Origin: Octopus sinensis
Taxonomy: Eukaryota
Direction of reading: 5' to 3'
Length of the DNA stretch: 64,000 nt
NCBI RefSeq assembly: GCF_006345805.1
Contig: NC_043010.1
Location: 25,978,001 to 26,042,000, forward strand
Under the pieces are notes generated by a model that did no database searches, was not told the origin of the DNA, and saw nothing but the letters and a program-made list of their open reading frames with translations. Below are positions 46,556 to 59,510 of this stretch, piece after piece (within the stretch, counting starts at the first letter, position 1; each line of letters opens with the position of its first letter). Both the position numbers and the translations under genes were made by a program.

Positions 46556-47407
46556 GTTAGATGATGGCCTCTACCACTGGCTACTATTTTTTTTCCCATT
46601 AGAAAGCAACTTCTTTCTGCTTTAAAAAAAAATATCCACGTTTATATTTTACTTTCTATTTGATCTTTACTTTTTCTATACTGTTGATATATTGAGATTA
46701 TAACGTCAAACGGAATTACCTTCTTTTTTTCCACCTGTCTGCTGTTTTAATAGTGAGTTTTCATTTGTTAATTTCTGTTTCCCTTGCCTGCAGTAAAACG
46801 ATCTTTCATAAATATACATCGTAGCAACACCCCTATATATATATATATAAATGTGTGTATGTATGTATATGTATTTCCCCTGTGTCCTATCTATTAAGTA
46901 TTATTGTTCTTTCTCGCCTTTTTTTTTAAAAAAGAAGAAAAGAAAACGAAAATTTACTCTATCCTTATATTTTAATTCTTTAAAGTGAACAAATTTTTTT
47001 AGCTTCTACTTCTACCCATGCCATTAAAACGTTCCTTGGAACGATTTCAAAATAACAAATTGACACAACTCAAATACTGAATATCGGTCTCTATGTAAAT
47101 TTACTTATATAGTAAGTGTTTATATGTATATATATATATAACATATACACAGATTTAGCATGCCTCTTACAACTACTATTGTTCCATATAGTTGTTGAAT
47201 AAGTTGTAAGCCTGAAGTAAGGAGGTCAGAGCAATTTAACACACTATTTAATTTTATATATATATATATATTATGTATGTATCCTCAGGTTGAAATATAC
47301 CTAGCCAACGCCTTCTATGTTACTTGTGTCAATGGTCCCACGTCTACAGCAATATTTACAATAGCCAACACTATGGAACATATGAAAGCCTTATATAAGT
47401 TGTACTT

Positions 47408-47482
47408 TTCCATTTTTATTTACTGTGTTACGTTGAATTTGTCGTGTCTGTTTGAATATTGTTGTTGCTTTCATTTTCGTAG
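47408..47482 (-). CDS. Candidate terminal exon of a second minus-strand gene (..IPVTKFYENESNNNIQTDTTNST*), approximate ends
   Basis: Strong acceptor cttttgttcttctttcacag; AATAAA shortly after the stop. Confidence 0.25.
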
Positions 47483-47538
47483 AATTTTGTAACCGGGATT
47501 TCTGTGAAAGAAGAACAAAAGCCAATATAATTTAAAGG

Positions 47539-47571
<33 letters not shown>

Positions 47572-47724
47572 CATAATATATATGTATGTATATCAGTGTA
47601 TTACTGGTACTTGTGTACTTGATTTTTTCAATCCTCAGCGGCGTGAAATTGAAAATCAATGGTAGTGGTACTCGATCTTAGTATCGTACAGTTTGTATCG
47701 ATATAAATAAACCACCACCACCAC

Positions 47725-47922
47725 CACTGGTTTCGTTAGCAACAATGTATCCACATTTTTCCTCTTTTGTATCCTGTAGTAACAAGTGAGCTGTTTCAGT
47801 TGCGATTGTGGGTTGGAAGATGTGATCCGTTTCTCCCTGCCATGACCTCAAGGTTATGGGCTCGTGTCCATAAAATGGAAAGAAGCGGGTGTAAAGGTCC
47901 GTTACCACAGACGCAAACAGAA
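47725..47922 (-). CDS. Candidate exon (LFASVVTDLYTRFFPFYGHEPITLRSWQGETDHIFQP..)
   Basis: gatttttcag acceptor, open frame phase-compatible with 48107; donor weak (GTGGTG). Confidence 0.3.
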
Positions 47923-48106
47923 CTGAAAAATCGAAGACGCGCCAAAACATCTTTTAGCCAAACTTGTAACCCTCCCGAGACCACGTGGTTCGAACACAAA
48001 ACGATAGATTTGAAGAAAAAATTTGGCTTTCTTCCAAATTTCTTTACTTCTCATCAACATGTTAAATGTATTTCTGTTTTTGGTTTGAAAGTAGCTTATT
48101 ACCCAC

Positions 48107-48183
48107 CTGTTCTCGAATGAAACTCGTGTTTCTGAGGATCCAAACGAGGGAGGGAACCCATCTCTCTACAGACACTCAACCTG
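48107..48183 (-). CDS. Candidate exon (RLSVCREMGSLPRLDPQKHEFHSRT)
   Basis: tatacag|cag NAGNAG acceptor, CAG|gtgggt donor, 77 nt open. Confidence 0.3.
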
Positions 48184-49389
48184 CTGTATAACGAATCTGG
48201 TTAAAAGGCTACAACCAACATATGAATAAGCACACACTCACACACACACATAACGAGAGAGAGAGGTATTCAGAAAGTTTTGATCTTGACCATGAAATTA
48301 TTGTATACTCGCTGTCAATATTATGTTCGACTCAAAACTTTCGGAACAAGTATATATATATATGCCATTATATAAATAGTGTTGTGTACAAATCATTGTC
48401 AGTTAATAAGCCACTTATAATATTTTGTTTCAAAATTAAATACGGCATTGTACTATACTAGCTGGAATTGTGAATTTATTTCCGTTCACCGATCTAACGG
48501 TCATATATTTTTCAAAGCATATCCTATCGTCTTTATACGTAAGATGAAGGAAGTACAGATAAGATAATATAGTCTCAGATACGCTGTCTGAAAACGAGAT
48601 TTGAGTGGAGCCCTTTTGATCGTAGGGCTGGCTAATTCGGGAGTGAGTGTACCAAGCAACATAAACTAACAAGGCAACCAGGAAGTTTGAAATCTCTCCC
48701 AAATAACACTGCACCATCGTCATACGGAAAGGAAATAGCATATGAAATTGTGTTCCAGTCCCTCATTGCATAAGCTGGGATTGTCGCGTTTGAGTTTATC
48801 TTACATCTCACGGATGTTCTGGGATGCATAGTCAATGGTGTTTCTGTTTTCTCGCAGGGGTTTCGGGTCTTTCAAGTCTCGGCTTGCATTCCTGCGGCAG
48901 CAAACCACTGGTTTGTCCTCTTTATCCAAAGCCACGTAAAGCTGTCCCGGTCTTAACAACATACAGAACGAATGTAGTCACCCAGCAGAACGCTTCTCGC
49001 AGTCTTCTTTTTCTTTTATGAGCTGAGACAACTTATCAGATATTTCAACTCGGTTGTACCCCCAAACAACATCTGTTTATGACTAATGGAAGTAACTGGT
49101 TTCTTGTTTAAACAGAAACAAGCTATATGTGTGTGCTTATGTATATGTATAGACACACACAAAATACATGTAGTGTGTGTATATATCCACTTATATAAAA
49201 TAATATAAGTATGTGTAAATTAGTTAATGGAAGTAACGGAGAGTTGGCTAGTGGCAGAAATATAAAACAGACAAAAGTATATCGGTTATCAAACAACATA
49301 AATGATATACATAAAAGTATATCAGATATCATACAACATTTATGAAATTATTTTCTCTCCGAGAGGAAATAAACAAATGCCTTGTGGAA

Positions 49390-49605
49390 ATTGCAGTCAA
49401 CTCCAAATGAAAAGGGGTTATAATCTCAAGAATCGGGAATTTCTGTGATATCGACATGCCATGAAGGAAAAGACAGTCTAAATTGTCTGATCTTTGAGTA
49501 TGTGTTTTCTGTCACAATAAGCATCTCCAGATAACCAAGACTGTCTTTTGCGATGGTGATTCTTGTGATTATCTCCCCTTCTCATTTGGAGTTGAAAGCA
49601 GTTGT
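49390..49605. mobile_element. MITE-like imperfect palindrome
   Basis: TCAACTCCAAATGAAAAGGGGTTATAATCTCAAGAATC pairs with GATTCTTGTGATTATCTCCCCTTCTCATTTGGAGTTGA. Confidence 0.6.
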
Positions 49606-49988
49606 TTATTCTCTTGAAGGGAAGATAATTAAATCCAGAATTTATCTTTTATTTGATCTACCTTTATTTGTGTGTGTGTGTAATGTGCACACACACCCAT
49701 ATATTTATGTATAAAATATATACTTGTGTGTGTATTATCTGTTTGCTTCTTTTATGTTTATTTCCCATGGTAGCATGGTTAGATTAATATATTATTGAGG
49801 CATTGCTTTACAGCCAGATGCTCCTGCAGTCACTAATTGTTACTTGTTTTCCATATATGTGATATCTTACTGTACGTATTTTTGAAGGTGCGAAGGCCCT
49901 GGATGAAGCTATTGATAGGTGGAGATGATAGCAACATCACCTGTCATAGCTGAGCAGTTGAGTGTATGTTGAAATAAACATGTGTATA

Positions 49989-50038
<50 letters not shown>

Positions 50039-51043
50039 CACACATGATGTTTCCTTCTACCAAATCCACTCACAAGGCTTTTGCTAGGTTCAAGGCTGTA
50101 GTGGAAGACAATTGTCCTAAGTGCTGTACAGTGGAACACACTCATTATAGGTACAGGGATGGCTCTATGGTTAAGAACGTCACTTCCCAAGTCCCTAAGT
50201 ACATGATCTTGAGATGAGTTCCACTGTACAGCATTTTGGCTAATTGTCTTCTACTACAGCCTTGTGAGTGGATTTGGTAGAAGGAAACATATATAAGTAT
50301 GTGTGCATGTGCATATATACACACACACACACAGTATGTATTTAAAGTGTGTATAAATGTATTTTTTCATGTCATTTTGTGATGCATCAGGACATATTGT
50401 CAGTGAATGTATCTGTGGTCATTGCGTGTTTCAGTTTTTTCAACCATCAAATACTCCAACTTAGTCTCCAACTTGTATCTAAATAGCATTGCCTTCTTCA
50501 GAGTTCACATCTGATCCACAGCCCACCATGAAGCAATTCTTGCTACCTTGGTAACCAACATGATAACCTTCCATGTACCGACCCTCAGTGATGTCCAGCA
50601 TGTTGCAGGCTCTGAAGTGGGAACATATTGCAAACCCTTTGCTTCCCACCTCAATAACATCATTCCTTGCTAACCACCCGTTGTTTCAACATAATTCCAC
50701 CGATTCGGTACATTTTGGTCTTCTTCCATTTCTTCTGTCAGTACAGTCCCCTCAGGTAATGGAGAGTTCTGCTTCTCAGATCAACCCCATTTTCCAGCCT
50801 TACTGATGTTTAGGTGGCACTGTTGAAAACGTTGGTTGCTTTCCGAGGGTGATTTTCAGCTTCCAGTTTTGTACTCTTTTTCACACACATACATATGCGC
50901 ATATACACTGAGATATGTATGAATATATGTACATATGATATGTATATATCTTAAATACATTATCATATACACACACATAGACATGTAAATACATGTTTAT
51001 GTGTGTGTGATATAAATATAGACAACATAAATCCCTAATCATT

Positions 51044-51076
<33 letters not shown>

Positions 51077-51950
51077 TATATATATATATATATATAATAT
51101 GTATAACAACTTTGACAAAAGGAATAGTTTTCTTCATTAGGTGGAGATACCTTCAGTGGCTGTTCTCACTGAATAGCCATTGCAGGTCCTGATTTTAGGA
51201 CCTGATCTTGGTACCAATGGTAGCACCCCTCATCCAAGGTATTTAGAAAGTTACTGCAGACATGCTCTAGAGTCCCTCTCATCAAGCACAAAGGGCAATT
51301 TCATGACTCCACTCCACCCCAAAGGAACAAATTGGATGGACTCAGTAAGATGGTGTAAACTATTAGAATCAAGAATCTTATCTGGTGGGGTCCTACTTGA
51401 TAAAGCTCTCATGTTATGAGACCTTGCGTTCTACTATTTGTTCCCATCATAACCAGGTTTCCTGGTCCACTCCTCTTCAGTCAACACCTGCACCTCATTT
51501 CAGATCAGTAACCTCCTGTTATTTGCTTGCACTTTGTCTTAGCAGGATGTTGTGCTGCTACTCCGACCAGGCCTTCTTGAAGTATTGCTTTCATCAGCAC
51601 TCTACGACTTAAAAGTGACTTTGCAGCTCTCTACTGCTGTCCACTTTCATCCTATCCTGACCTCAATACCAACCTGAGAGACTTTAGGTTGCAGGTTTGT
51701 CAGTATTGTGGCACTTGCCCAGCACAGGTCACCCTCTAAATTCCTTCAGGTTGCTAGTGGAGCATGTCAACTTTTTATTCTGTCCTGACAGAATGACGTT
51801 TCTTGGGCTTTGAGGCAGTCTCAGCCATTTCCACAGCAACATGCTGTCTTTTCTTGCAAAGCTTTCAGCTGTAGACCTCATTATGCCAAGAATGGCAAGT
51901 GACCAAAGAATCCATTGAAAGAGGCCATGCTTAGTAAACTTAAGCCTTAA

Positions 51951-52155
51951 CCCTTTTGCATTCGGATTATTCTGTCAAATGTAATGCTTATTTTATTCAC
52001 ATTGTATTGAAGTAATGATGTATTCTCATAGTTTTGAGATTTCAGTGATGTGATTGTTTCTTTTTCAAAAGGCATTGTAGGGTGTGTGAAAGCCTGGATT
52101 TGGCCAGTTTGAGCACAAAACAGAGCTTGATATGGCCGATATTAATGCTAAAGGG
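51951..52155. mobile_element. piggyBac-type MITE
   Basis: TTAA|CCCTTTTGCATT ... AATGCTAAAGGG|TTAA. Confidence 0.85.
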
Positions 52156-52984
52156 TTAAAGCATCCAGGTAGACCTGAAATGTTAACTGTGACTAGTCAG
52201 GCTCTGATTCTTAGTTTATTGCAGATAGATGTTGTGCTGTGAGGCTGCAGTCAAACACCTTCCCTAACTTTTAACTAGTTTCTCTTTAATGAATGGTATC
52301 TTTACACTATCAACCAAGAAACTGAGCTACTGTTGACACTCGTGTGTATGTGTGTGTCTTTCCTTTTGTTTGTATTTTATCTTCTCTCAAGACTACTCTC
52401 TGCTTTCCAGGCAGATTATTCAAACATTCAAAATTTTCATGACTCTATATAAGAATCAATAAATGTCATACATGAAACATTAGGCCCTTGAGTCACACTT
52501 TTTGTAAATGCATCGCATGCACATACACACACACACACACATCTTTTATCTATCTATTACTTGTTTCAGTCATTTGACTGTGGCCATGTTGGAGCACTGC
52601 CTTGAAAAGTTTTTAGTCGAACAAATTGAGCCCTGGACTTTTTTTTTTAACAAAGCCTAATACTCTTTCTGTTGGTCATTTTTGCTGAACTGCTAACTTA
52701 CGGTTGGGGGGGGGGGACATAAACACACCAACACAAGTTGTCAAGCAGTAGTGGGACACACACAGAGCAAGCTTTTTTCAGTCTTCTGTTTACCAAATCC
52801 ACTCACAAGGCTTTGGTTGCCTGAGGCTATATAGTAGAAGACACTTACCCAAAGTGCCATGCAGTGGAACTGAACCTAGAACCATGTGGATGGGAAGCAA
52901 GCTTCTAACCACATATCCACGCCTGCACTTTATATACGCACTCAAATATGTACATTTTCATGTATGTGTTTGTGTGTGTGATTA

Positions 52985-53462
52985 GTGACCGAGACATTTG
53001 GCAATATGCTATGCTTGAGAAGACCCATCAAGCCAAGTGAAATTGTAGTCGTGGCTGATGCTAGTGTCACATAACTGGCACCCATGCCAGTGGCGCATAA
53101 AAAGCACCTTTTGAGCATTGGGCCTCACAGAGGCAAAGTGGCTGAGCTCCTTTTGAGTGTTGGGCCTCGTGGAGGCAATGACCAAGAACTTTGGCACTGT
53201 GTCATGCTTGAGAAGAAGACGCATCAGTTCGAGCAAAACTGCAGTCGTGGCAGATACTGGTGTTGCACAAATGGCACCCGTACTGGTGGCACGTAAAAGC
53301 ACCAATTTTACACTCGGAATGGTTGGTGTTAGGAAGGGCATCCAGCCATAGAAACCATGCCAAGTCAGACGGGTGTCTGGTGCAGCCTTCCAGCTAGCCA
53401 GCCCTGATTAAACTGTCCAACCCATGCCAGCATGGACAACGGATGTTAAATGATGATGATGA
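52985..53462 (+). mobile_element. Older RTE-subfamily 3' end with duplicated UTR modules
   Basis: GACCGAGAC..TGCTTGAGAAGACCC ORF-end remnant, GTAAAAGCACC, GGAAGGGCATCCAGCC, CCATGCCAGCATGG, (TGA)n; similar copies at 31505, 33870, 39900, 55400-56590, 57940 and 62710. Confidence 0.75.
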
Positions 53463-53743
53463 CACACACACACACACACTCTAAATTATGTATATGTTTA
53501 TACATATGTAATATATAATAATCTATAATATTTTTATGTATATGAATAACAAAAGAATAAGTGTTGCATAATCACTTAGGAAGTGATTATGTAATTCCTG
53601 TTCTTTTGTCATTTCATTTATCGATAAACATTACACTTGCTACTGACCTGATGGTTTTCAGTGAGCTACATTGAGTTCAGACAGTTGTTTATTAGTATTG
53701 CCATGGTGAAGCAAATCAATATATATATAAAATGTAAAAAGGA

Positions 53744-53949
53744 GATGAATGCTCAGGATGTTGTTCATCCATTTGTATCATGAAGATCTACATACGTTTT
53801 GACGGGTGCACTCCAAAATCTCATGAACCTCCTGAAGAGATTGGTGTACCATTATTTATCCTGCCGGACATTTTAGACTGCACCAGTCAAAACATATTTA
53901 GAGGACTTCATGATATGAATGGATTAACAACATCCCGAGCGTTCATCTT
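53744..53949. mobile_element. MITE-like imperfect palindrome, about 205 bp
   Basis: GATGAATGCTCAGGATGTTG.. pairs with ..CAACATCCCGAGCGTTCATC. Confidence 0.65.
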
Positions 53950-54136
53950 CATTTTATATTTTAATATTTTCTATTAAATAAGTGTCCTGCGACACTTAAA
54001 GCAACTTTTAGCTACACTGTAATTGTTCCCTTGGATTTCTATTAATTTAATATATATATACAATATTCTTGTGATGCTTTTTGGAGCTTTAATAATAATA
54101 AAGTATATATGTATGTATATATATATATATATATAT

Positions 54137-54801
54137 ATACTAAGCAATAAAGGGTTTAGCAACGAATTGCCTTACCACATACCGAATTTAGAAATAGCAG
54201 TCAAAGGGTTATAGCTATTTCTTCTACTAAAAAGGGAGATCTCAGTAAAAACAGCAATTGGAAGGCAGACACAAACAGGTAAGAGAGAATGAATTGACTG
54301 CAATCTATCATACATTTTTAAGTTATCTACGGACGTACGTTTCGAAATCAAGTTTTTAGGAAAGCATAAGAATTAAATATTAAATAATTCTATCTTACCG
54401 AAACTTCTTTTCTCTTCAGCGTAGAATACTATAATCATAAATGATTATATATTGAATTTTGAGATACTAGAAGGCACCAACTCAACTCAGTATCAGAGCG
54501 AGCTAGAATCCGCAACTAGTATCACCGAATTCAATTTGTGAATGAAACGATTGTGTCACCAGCCCCTTCCCACCCGCGTGTAGCCAAAACAAGATGCTGT
54601 GGTCATCTACTGAGATAAAATATGGTTATCCGTAATAATGAAGGGTGAAATTAATTAATTTGGAATAATTATCAATTACACCAAGTAGTCTTCGGCATGT
54701 AAAAGCCTCATTCGAGGAAAATTTAAGTAATACTAAGCAATAAAGGGTTTAGCAACGAATTGCCTTACCACATACCGAATTTAGAAATAGCAGTCAAAGG
54801 G

Positions 54802-54806
<5 letters not shown>
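54137..54806 (-). mobile_element. Hammerhead-carrying 593-bp unit with 77-bp terminal direct repeat, inserted in (TA)n (retrozyme/PLE-derivative-like)
   Basis: 54137-54213 is identical to 54730-54806; (TA)n on both flanks; no coding capacity. Confidence 0.7.
54326..54425 (-). ncRNA. Type I hammerhead ribozyme with extended stem II
   Basis: Minus strand: TCTACG-CTGAAGA-GAAA..(69 nt)..TTTC-GAA-ACGTACGT-C|CGTAGA; predicted cleavage between 54332 and 54331. Confidence 0.78.
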
Positions 54807-54840
<34 letters not shown>

Positions 54841-56814
54841 TGCACATATACGTTCATATGTGTATTTGTTTAACATCTGTTTTTCTATCATGGCACAGGT
54901 TGGGGAGAGATTTACTTGAAGTAGGATTTTATGGTTGGGTGCTCTTCCTGTTGCTCACTGTTACTCTTCTTTTAATGAGTGATTTTTCTTTTTGCATCTC
55001 GCAGGTTGCTGAAAAATGTAGAGTAGTTGGTTTTGATGTTGGTAAGGAATATAAACAGTGACAAACAAGGCCATATTGTGTCAATATTTTTATGCGTATG
55101 CACCCTCATGCATTCATGCATACACATATATGATGTGCTTCTGCTCAGTTGCCACCTAAGGCTAGCGTAGAACACACTTGCCCCACATGTGCAAAAGAAC
55201 TGAACCTGAAACCAACTGGTTGTAAAGTGAACTTGTAAACCATGCAGCCACACCTGAGGCCATTATTTATGTATGTGTGTGTGAGAATGAAAGGCAGACT
55301 ATGTGATGCCTGTGTGTAAACAGCCATACTTAACGACTGTGTCCACAGAGGACACGCAAAGGCTTGTAAGAAATGGAGCTAGTATGCTTTGCTGGAAGTG
55401 CAATGTTGGTGTGCATGTTTGACAGAGCATAAGTATCTTGAGAGAAAAGTTGGTCATAAGAGGTATCAGATGTATGTATGAGAGAGACAACTATGCTGGT
55501 ATGGTCATGTGATAAATATGGATGAGGACAGCTGTGTAAAAAAAGTGCCGATCTCTAACTGTGGTGGGAACCTGTGGAAGAGTAGACCCAGGAAGATATG
55601 AGACAAGGTAGTGAAGCATGATCGTTGAATGTTGGGCCTCACAGAGGCGATGATAAATGTCCGAGCCTTTTGGCGATATGCTGTGCTTGAGTAGACTTGT
55701 CAAGCTAATTGAAATCATAGTGATGGTCATTGGAGGTGTCATGCAAATGGCACTTGTGGAATTGTAATCGTAACCATTGCTGGTAACATGATCTTCGAAT
55801 GTTGGATGTTACGGAGGCGATGACAAGAGACTGCAACCATTTGCAATATGCTGTGCTGAGAAAACTTGTTAAGCCAAGTGAAACTAGTTGTGACTGTTGC
55901 TGGTTAACCCAAGTGAAATCGTAGTCAAGGCCATTGTTGATGTCAATGTAAATGGTATCCATGAAATTGTAGTCATGGCTGTTGCCAGTGTCATGTGCTA
56001 GTGGTACATAAAAAGCATCCATTACACTCTCGGAGTGGTTGGCGTTAGGAAGGACGACAAGCTGTAGAAACTGTGCCAAATCAGATTGGAACCTGGTTCT
56101 ACTTTCTGGCTTACCAGTTCCAGTCTAACCCATGCCAGCATGGAAAGTGGATGTTAAATGACGATGATGATGATGGTGGGAAAGGATCTTCAGACTTTTG
56201 GCCTCACAGAGGAAATGACAAGGGACCGAGACTTCTGGCAGTTTGCTGTGGTTGAGAAGAGACATCAGGCTAAGTAAAAATGTGGCCATCCATACATACA
56301 GGCAAGTCCTCTACATCCCTCTCTCAGCTGAGAGGATCTTGCCATGAAGGCTTGCAGGTGCTGGTACCACATAAAACACTCATGGCGGTACCACATAAAA
56401 GCACCCATGCTGGTACCACGTAAAAAGCACCCAGTACACTCTGTGAAGTGGTTGGCATTAGGAAGAGTATCCAACCGTAGAAACCATGTTAAGGTAAGAC
56501 AATTGGAACCTTGCCAGCTCTCCAGCTGACCAGCTCTTGTCAAAGCATTCAACCCATGCCAGCATGGAAAAAAAGATGTCGATGATGATATTTAAATACT
56601 TATAGGCAAGACATTCCAGGCATGTCAAAGAGAGCCTGTACAAACAGCAATGGATGCAAAACAGTTCCCGAAAGGTCACCCCTCAAAATTATTTCCTTTG
56701 AGAAATAATTGGGCTGCAATTTCCTGACTTAGTATTTCTGAAGACATTTTGTAGTCCCACTCCTAGTTTTCCAACTATTCCAACGCTGCACTGTTTGCAA
56801 CATATCATACCTAT

Positions 56815-57045
56815 TTCTTTATTACCCACAAGGGGCTAAACATAGAGGGGACAAACAAGGACAGACATAGGTATTAAGTCGATTACATCGACCCCAGTGC
56901 GTAACTGGTACTTAATTTATCGACCCCGAAAGGATGAAAGGCAAAGTCGACCTCAGCGGAATTTGAACTCACAACGTAATGGCAGCCGAAATACCGCTAA
57001 GCATTTTGCCCGACATGCTAACGTTTCTGCCAGCTCGCCGCCTTA
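56815..57045 (-). mobile_element. SINE family 2 copy
   Basis: Reverse complement of 34862-35075. Confidence 0.8.
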
Positions 57046-57904
57046 CCACCATCAACTTTATTATCTTCACAATGTCAAGAGACATCACATCACATGTCTG
57101 AATGGTTGAGCAGCTGTTTCAACATCCTGTAATAATTCTATAGAAGCCGTGTGAGGTGGAAGCTTCCTGGACAGAGAAGCCATGCTATGTGTTGTTTAGT
57201 AAGTAATTTCCTTCCAAGTCCATGGTCAGTTTCCCTCTAATAATTCATTCCACAATTTCATTTATATGTGAAATCAAAGGCATAAGGCATATTATGCTTT
57301 CTTTTAATCTTTTTGTTTTTGAATTTGCTATGTGCAAGGAAGTTTTGGGAAAGTGTCTGAAGTGATTTTCCAAAACCTGTTCACATGTTTTTAAGAGAAT
57401 TGGGGCTTTTATTTTTTTATCTTTTACATGTTTCAGTCATGAAACTGCAACCATGCTGGAGCACTTCCTTGAAGAATTTTAGTTGAATCAACCCCAGTAC
57501 TTTTTTTTTTTAAGCCTGGTACTTTTTCTGTCCATCTCTTTTGCTAAACTGCTAAGTTACGGAGATGTAGACACATTAACACCAGTTGTTAAGTGGTGGC
57601 AGGTGACAAATACAGACACACATATATACAATGGGCTTCTTTCAGTTTCCGTCTACGAAATCCACTTACAAAGCTTTGCTTGGCCTAATGCTATAGAAGA
57701 CACTTGCCCAAGGCGCCCCACACTGGGACTGATCCTGGAACTGTGTGGTTGGTAAGCAAACTTCTTACCACACAACCACACTTGTACCTCTATGGCTGAT
57801 ATATTACATCTTCATTGATGATGATGAGGTTATCAATCAATGGTTGCCATTTCTTCATGTTGAGCTGTAGTGTTGAAGAACTGATCTGGTTGGTTTACTT
57901 TTAA

Positions 57905-58415
57905 CCCTTTAGCATTTAGATTATTCTCAAAATGAAATCAAATCACAGTCAAATGGAAATTGTAGTTGTGGTCCCCGTGTTGGTGGCACGTAAAAAGCAC
58001 CATCCAATTGTGGTTTATGCCAACCCCCTCTGGCCCCTGTGCCGGTGGCATGTAAAAAACACCCACTACACTCACGGAGTGGTTGGTATTAGGAAAGGCA
58101 TCTAGCTGTAGAAACCTTGCCAGATCAGACTGGTGCCTGGTGCAGCTTCCTGGCTTTCCAGACCCCAGTTGAACCGTGCAACTCATGCCAGCATGGAAAA
58201 CAGATGTTAAACAATGATGATGATGTAATGCTTATATATTCACATTGTTTTGAATTAATCATGCATTATCTTGTAGCTTTGAGATTTCAATTGACTGACT
58301 CTATATTTTTTAGATTAACATTGTTGGGTAGGTGTGAGAGGCTGAATCTGGCCAGTTTGAACATAAAACAAAAAGAATAGTTTGGTTGGATCCGGCCAGT
58401 TTAAATGCTAAAGGC
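57905..58415. mobile_element. Second piggyBac-type MITE, interrupted by an RTE tail (about 57940-58225)
   Basis: TTAA|CCCTTTAGCATT ... AATGCTAAAGGC|TTAA; internal sequence matches 51951-52155. Confidence 0.75.
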
Positions 58416-58479
58416 TTAAATTGTCCATTCAAAATTTAATTTATCATTTTGGTAAGTCTGCTCTCTGTGAGCTATTTCT

Positions 58480-59510
58480 TTGGAATAACACCCCTATTTT
58501 GTAATGTACTGAGGGGAATTCTTTTGCTTACAAGTTTTTAGGATTGATTGTTAAATTTTCTATAGGTTTGGTTGTTTTTTTTTCTAGTCTCTTGATTTTT
58601 TGGGAGTGGCAATTTGTTTTCAATTTTTAGGAATGTCCTTTTTAAATTAGATTTTTCACTGTCCTTGAGTTTTTCATTTAAGCAATTTCAAATCTTTGTT
58701 CTTTGTCTCATAAAACTTTTCTGTCTCTGGGAATTAAATTTTTGTATGTGTCGATCTTCCTTTCTGGGACAAGTTTAATGCATATGGCTTGCACTATTGA
58801 CATAGATTGCTCGAAATTTTTGTTATTATTTTTGCATTGAGGAGTTTTTGTGCTAGTTTGGTTTAAGCATCTCATTTTGAATCAAATTCCAGTTAGCTTT
58901 GTGGAAGTTAAAAAATAGGATAGTGATCTGGAGCTTTGTGTGGGGTGAATATCTCTAGTTTTCATTAGACCGTGCATTCTTAGTTCTGTTATTTTATATT
59001 TTACATGACTTGAGTTTCTTATCATTTGTGAAACAGAGATCCAAAATGTTCTTGGTTGGGGGCACAGTATTACATATCCCAAGAACAGCATTTTTGAAAG
59101 GTCAAGTAGAAATTTTGCTTGTCTTTGTTGTTGCAGTGACATACCTAAAAGAATATAGCTTTTGGGTCATTTGGCATTGATGGAGTTGATGTCTTTCACT
59201 AGAAGCAAACTGGAGTCGGTCTAGTTTGCTGAAAAGCTCTTCTATCTTTCTGAAGCTATCCTAAGGTCCTGCCATCATATTTTAAAGCATCTGGCGGAGA
59301 AATGCTGTGTATATGTTTATAAGTACATAGTTGCTTTATGTGGAATTATAGTGTATCTCAAACTGTGTTTAAGTGTGACAGCATGATTGTGTTAAATTTT
59401 TACAAATGCACCTCATGGCAACTTCTTCATGGTTTCTTCCTTGTCATGAGGAAATTTAGTGTATAGTAATCCCTCTGCTATCGCAGTTGTTCTGTTCCCA
59501 AACCCCCCAT
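58480..59510 (-). mobile_element. Decayed fragment of the same CR1 family as 20677-24573
   Basis: KNILDLCFTN, NFHKANW, IPRDRKVL..RQRTK match ORF 21882-22772. Confidence 0.7.

Noticed and set aside
48436-48835. RT-like PYDDG motif or additional exon
   Set aside because: Isolated motif without flanking RT motifs; splice phases ambiguous
50380-51920. Possible ancient LINE fragments (for example SSMLQALKWEHI)
   Set aside because: Too degraded to assign beyond a vague resemblance
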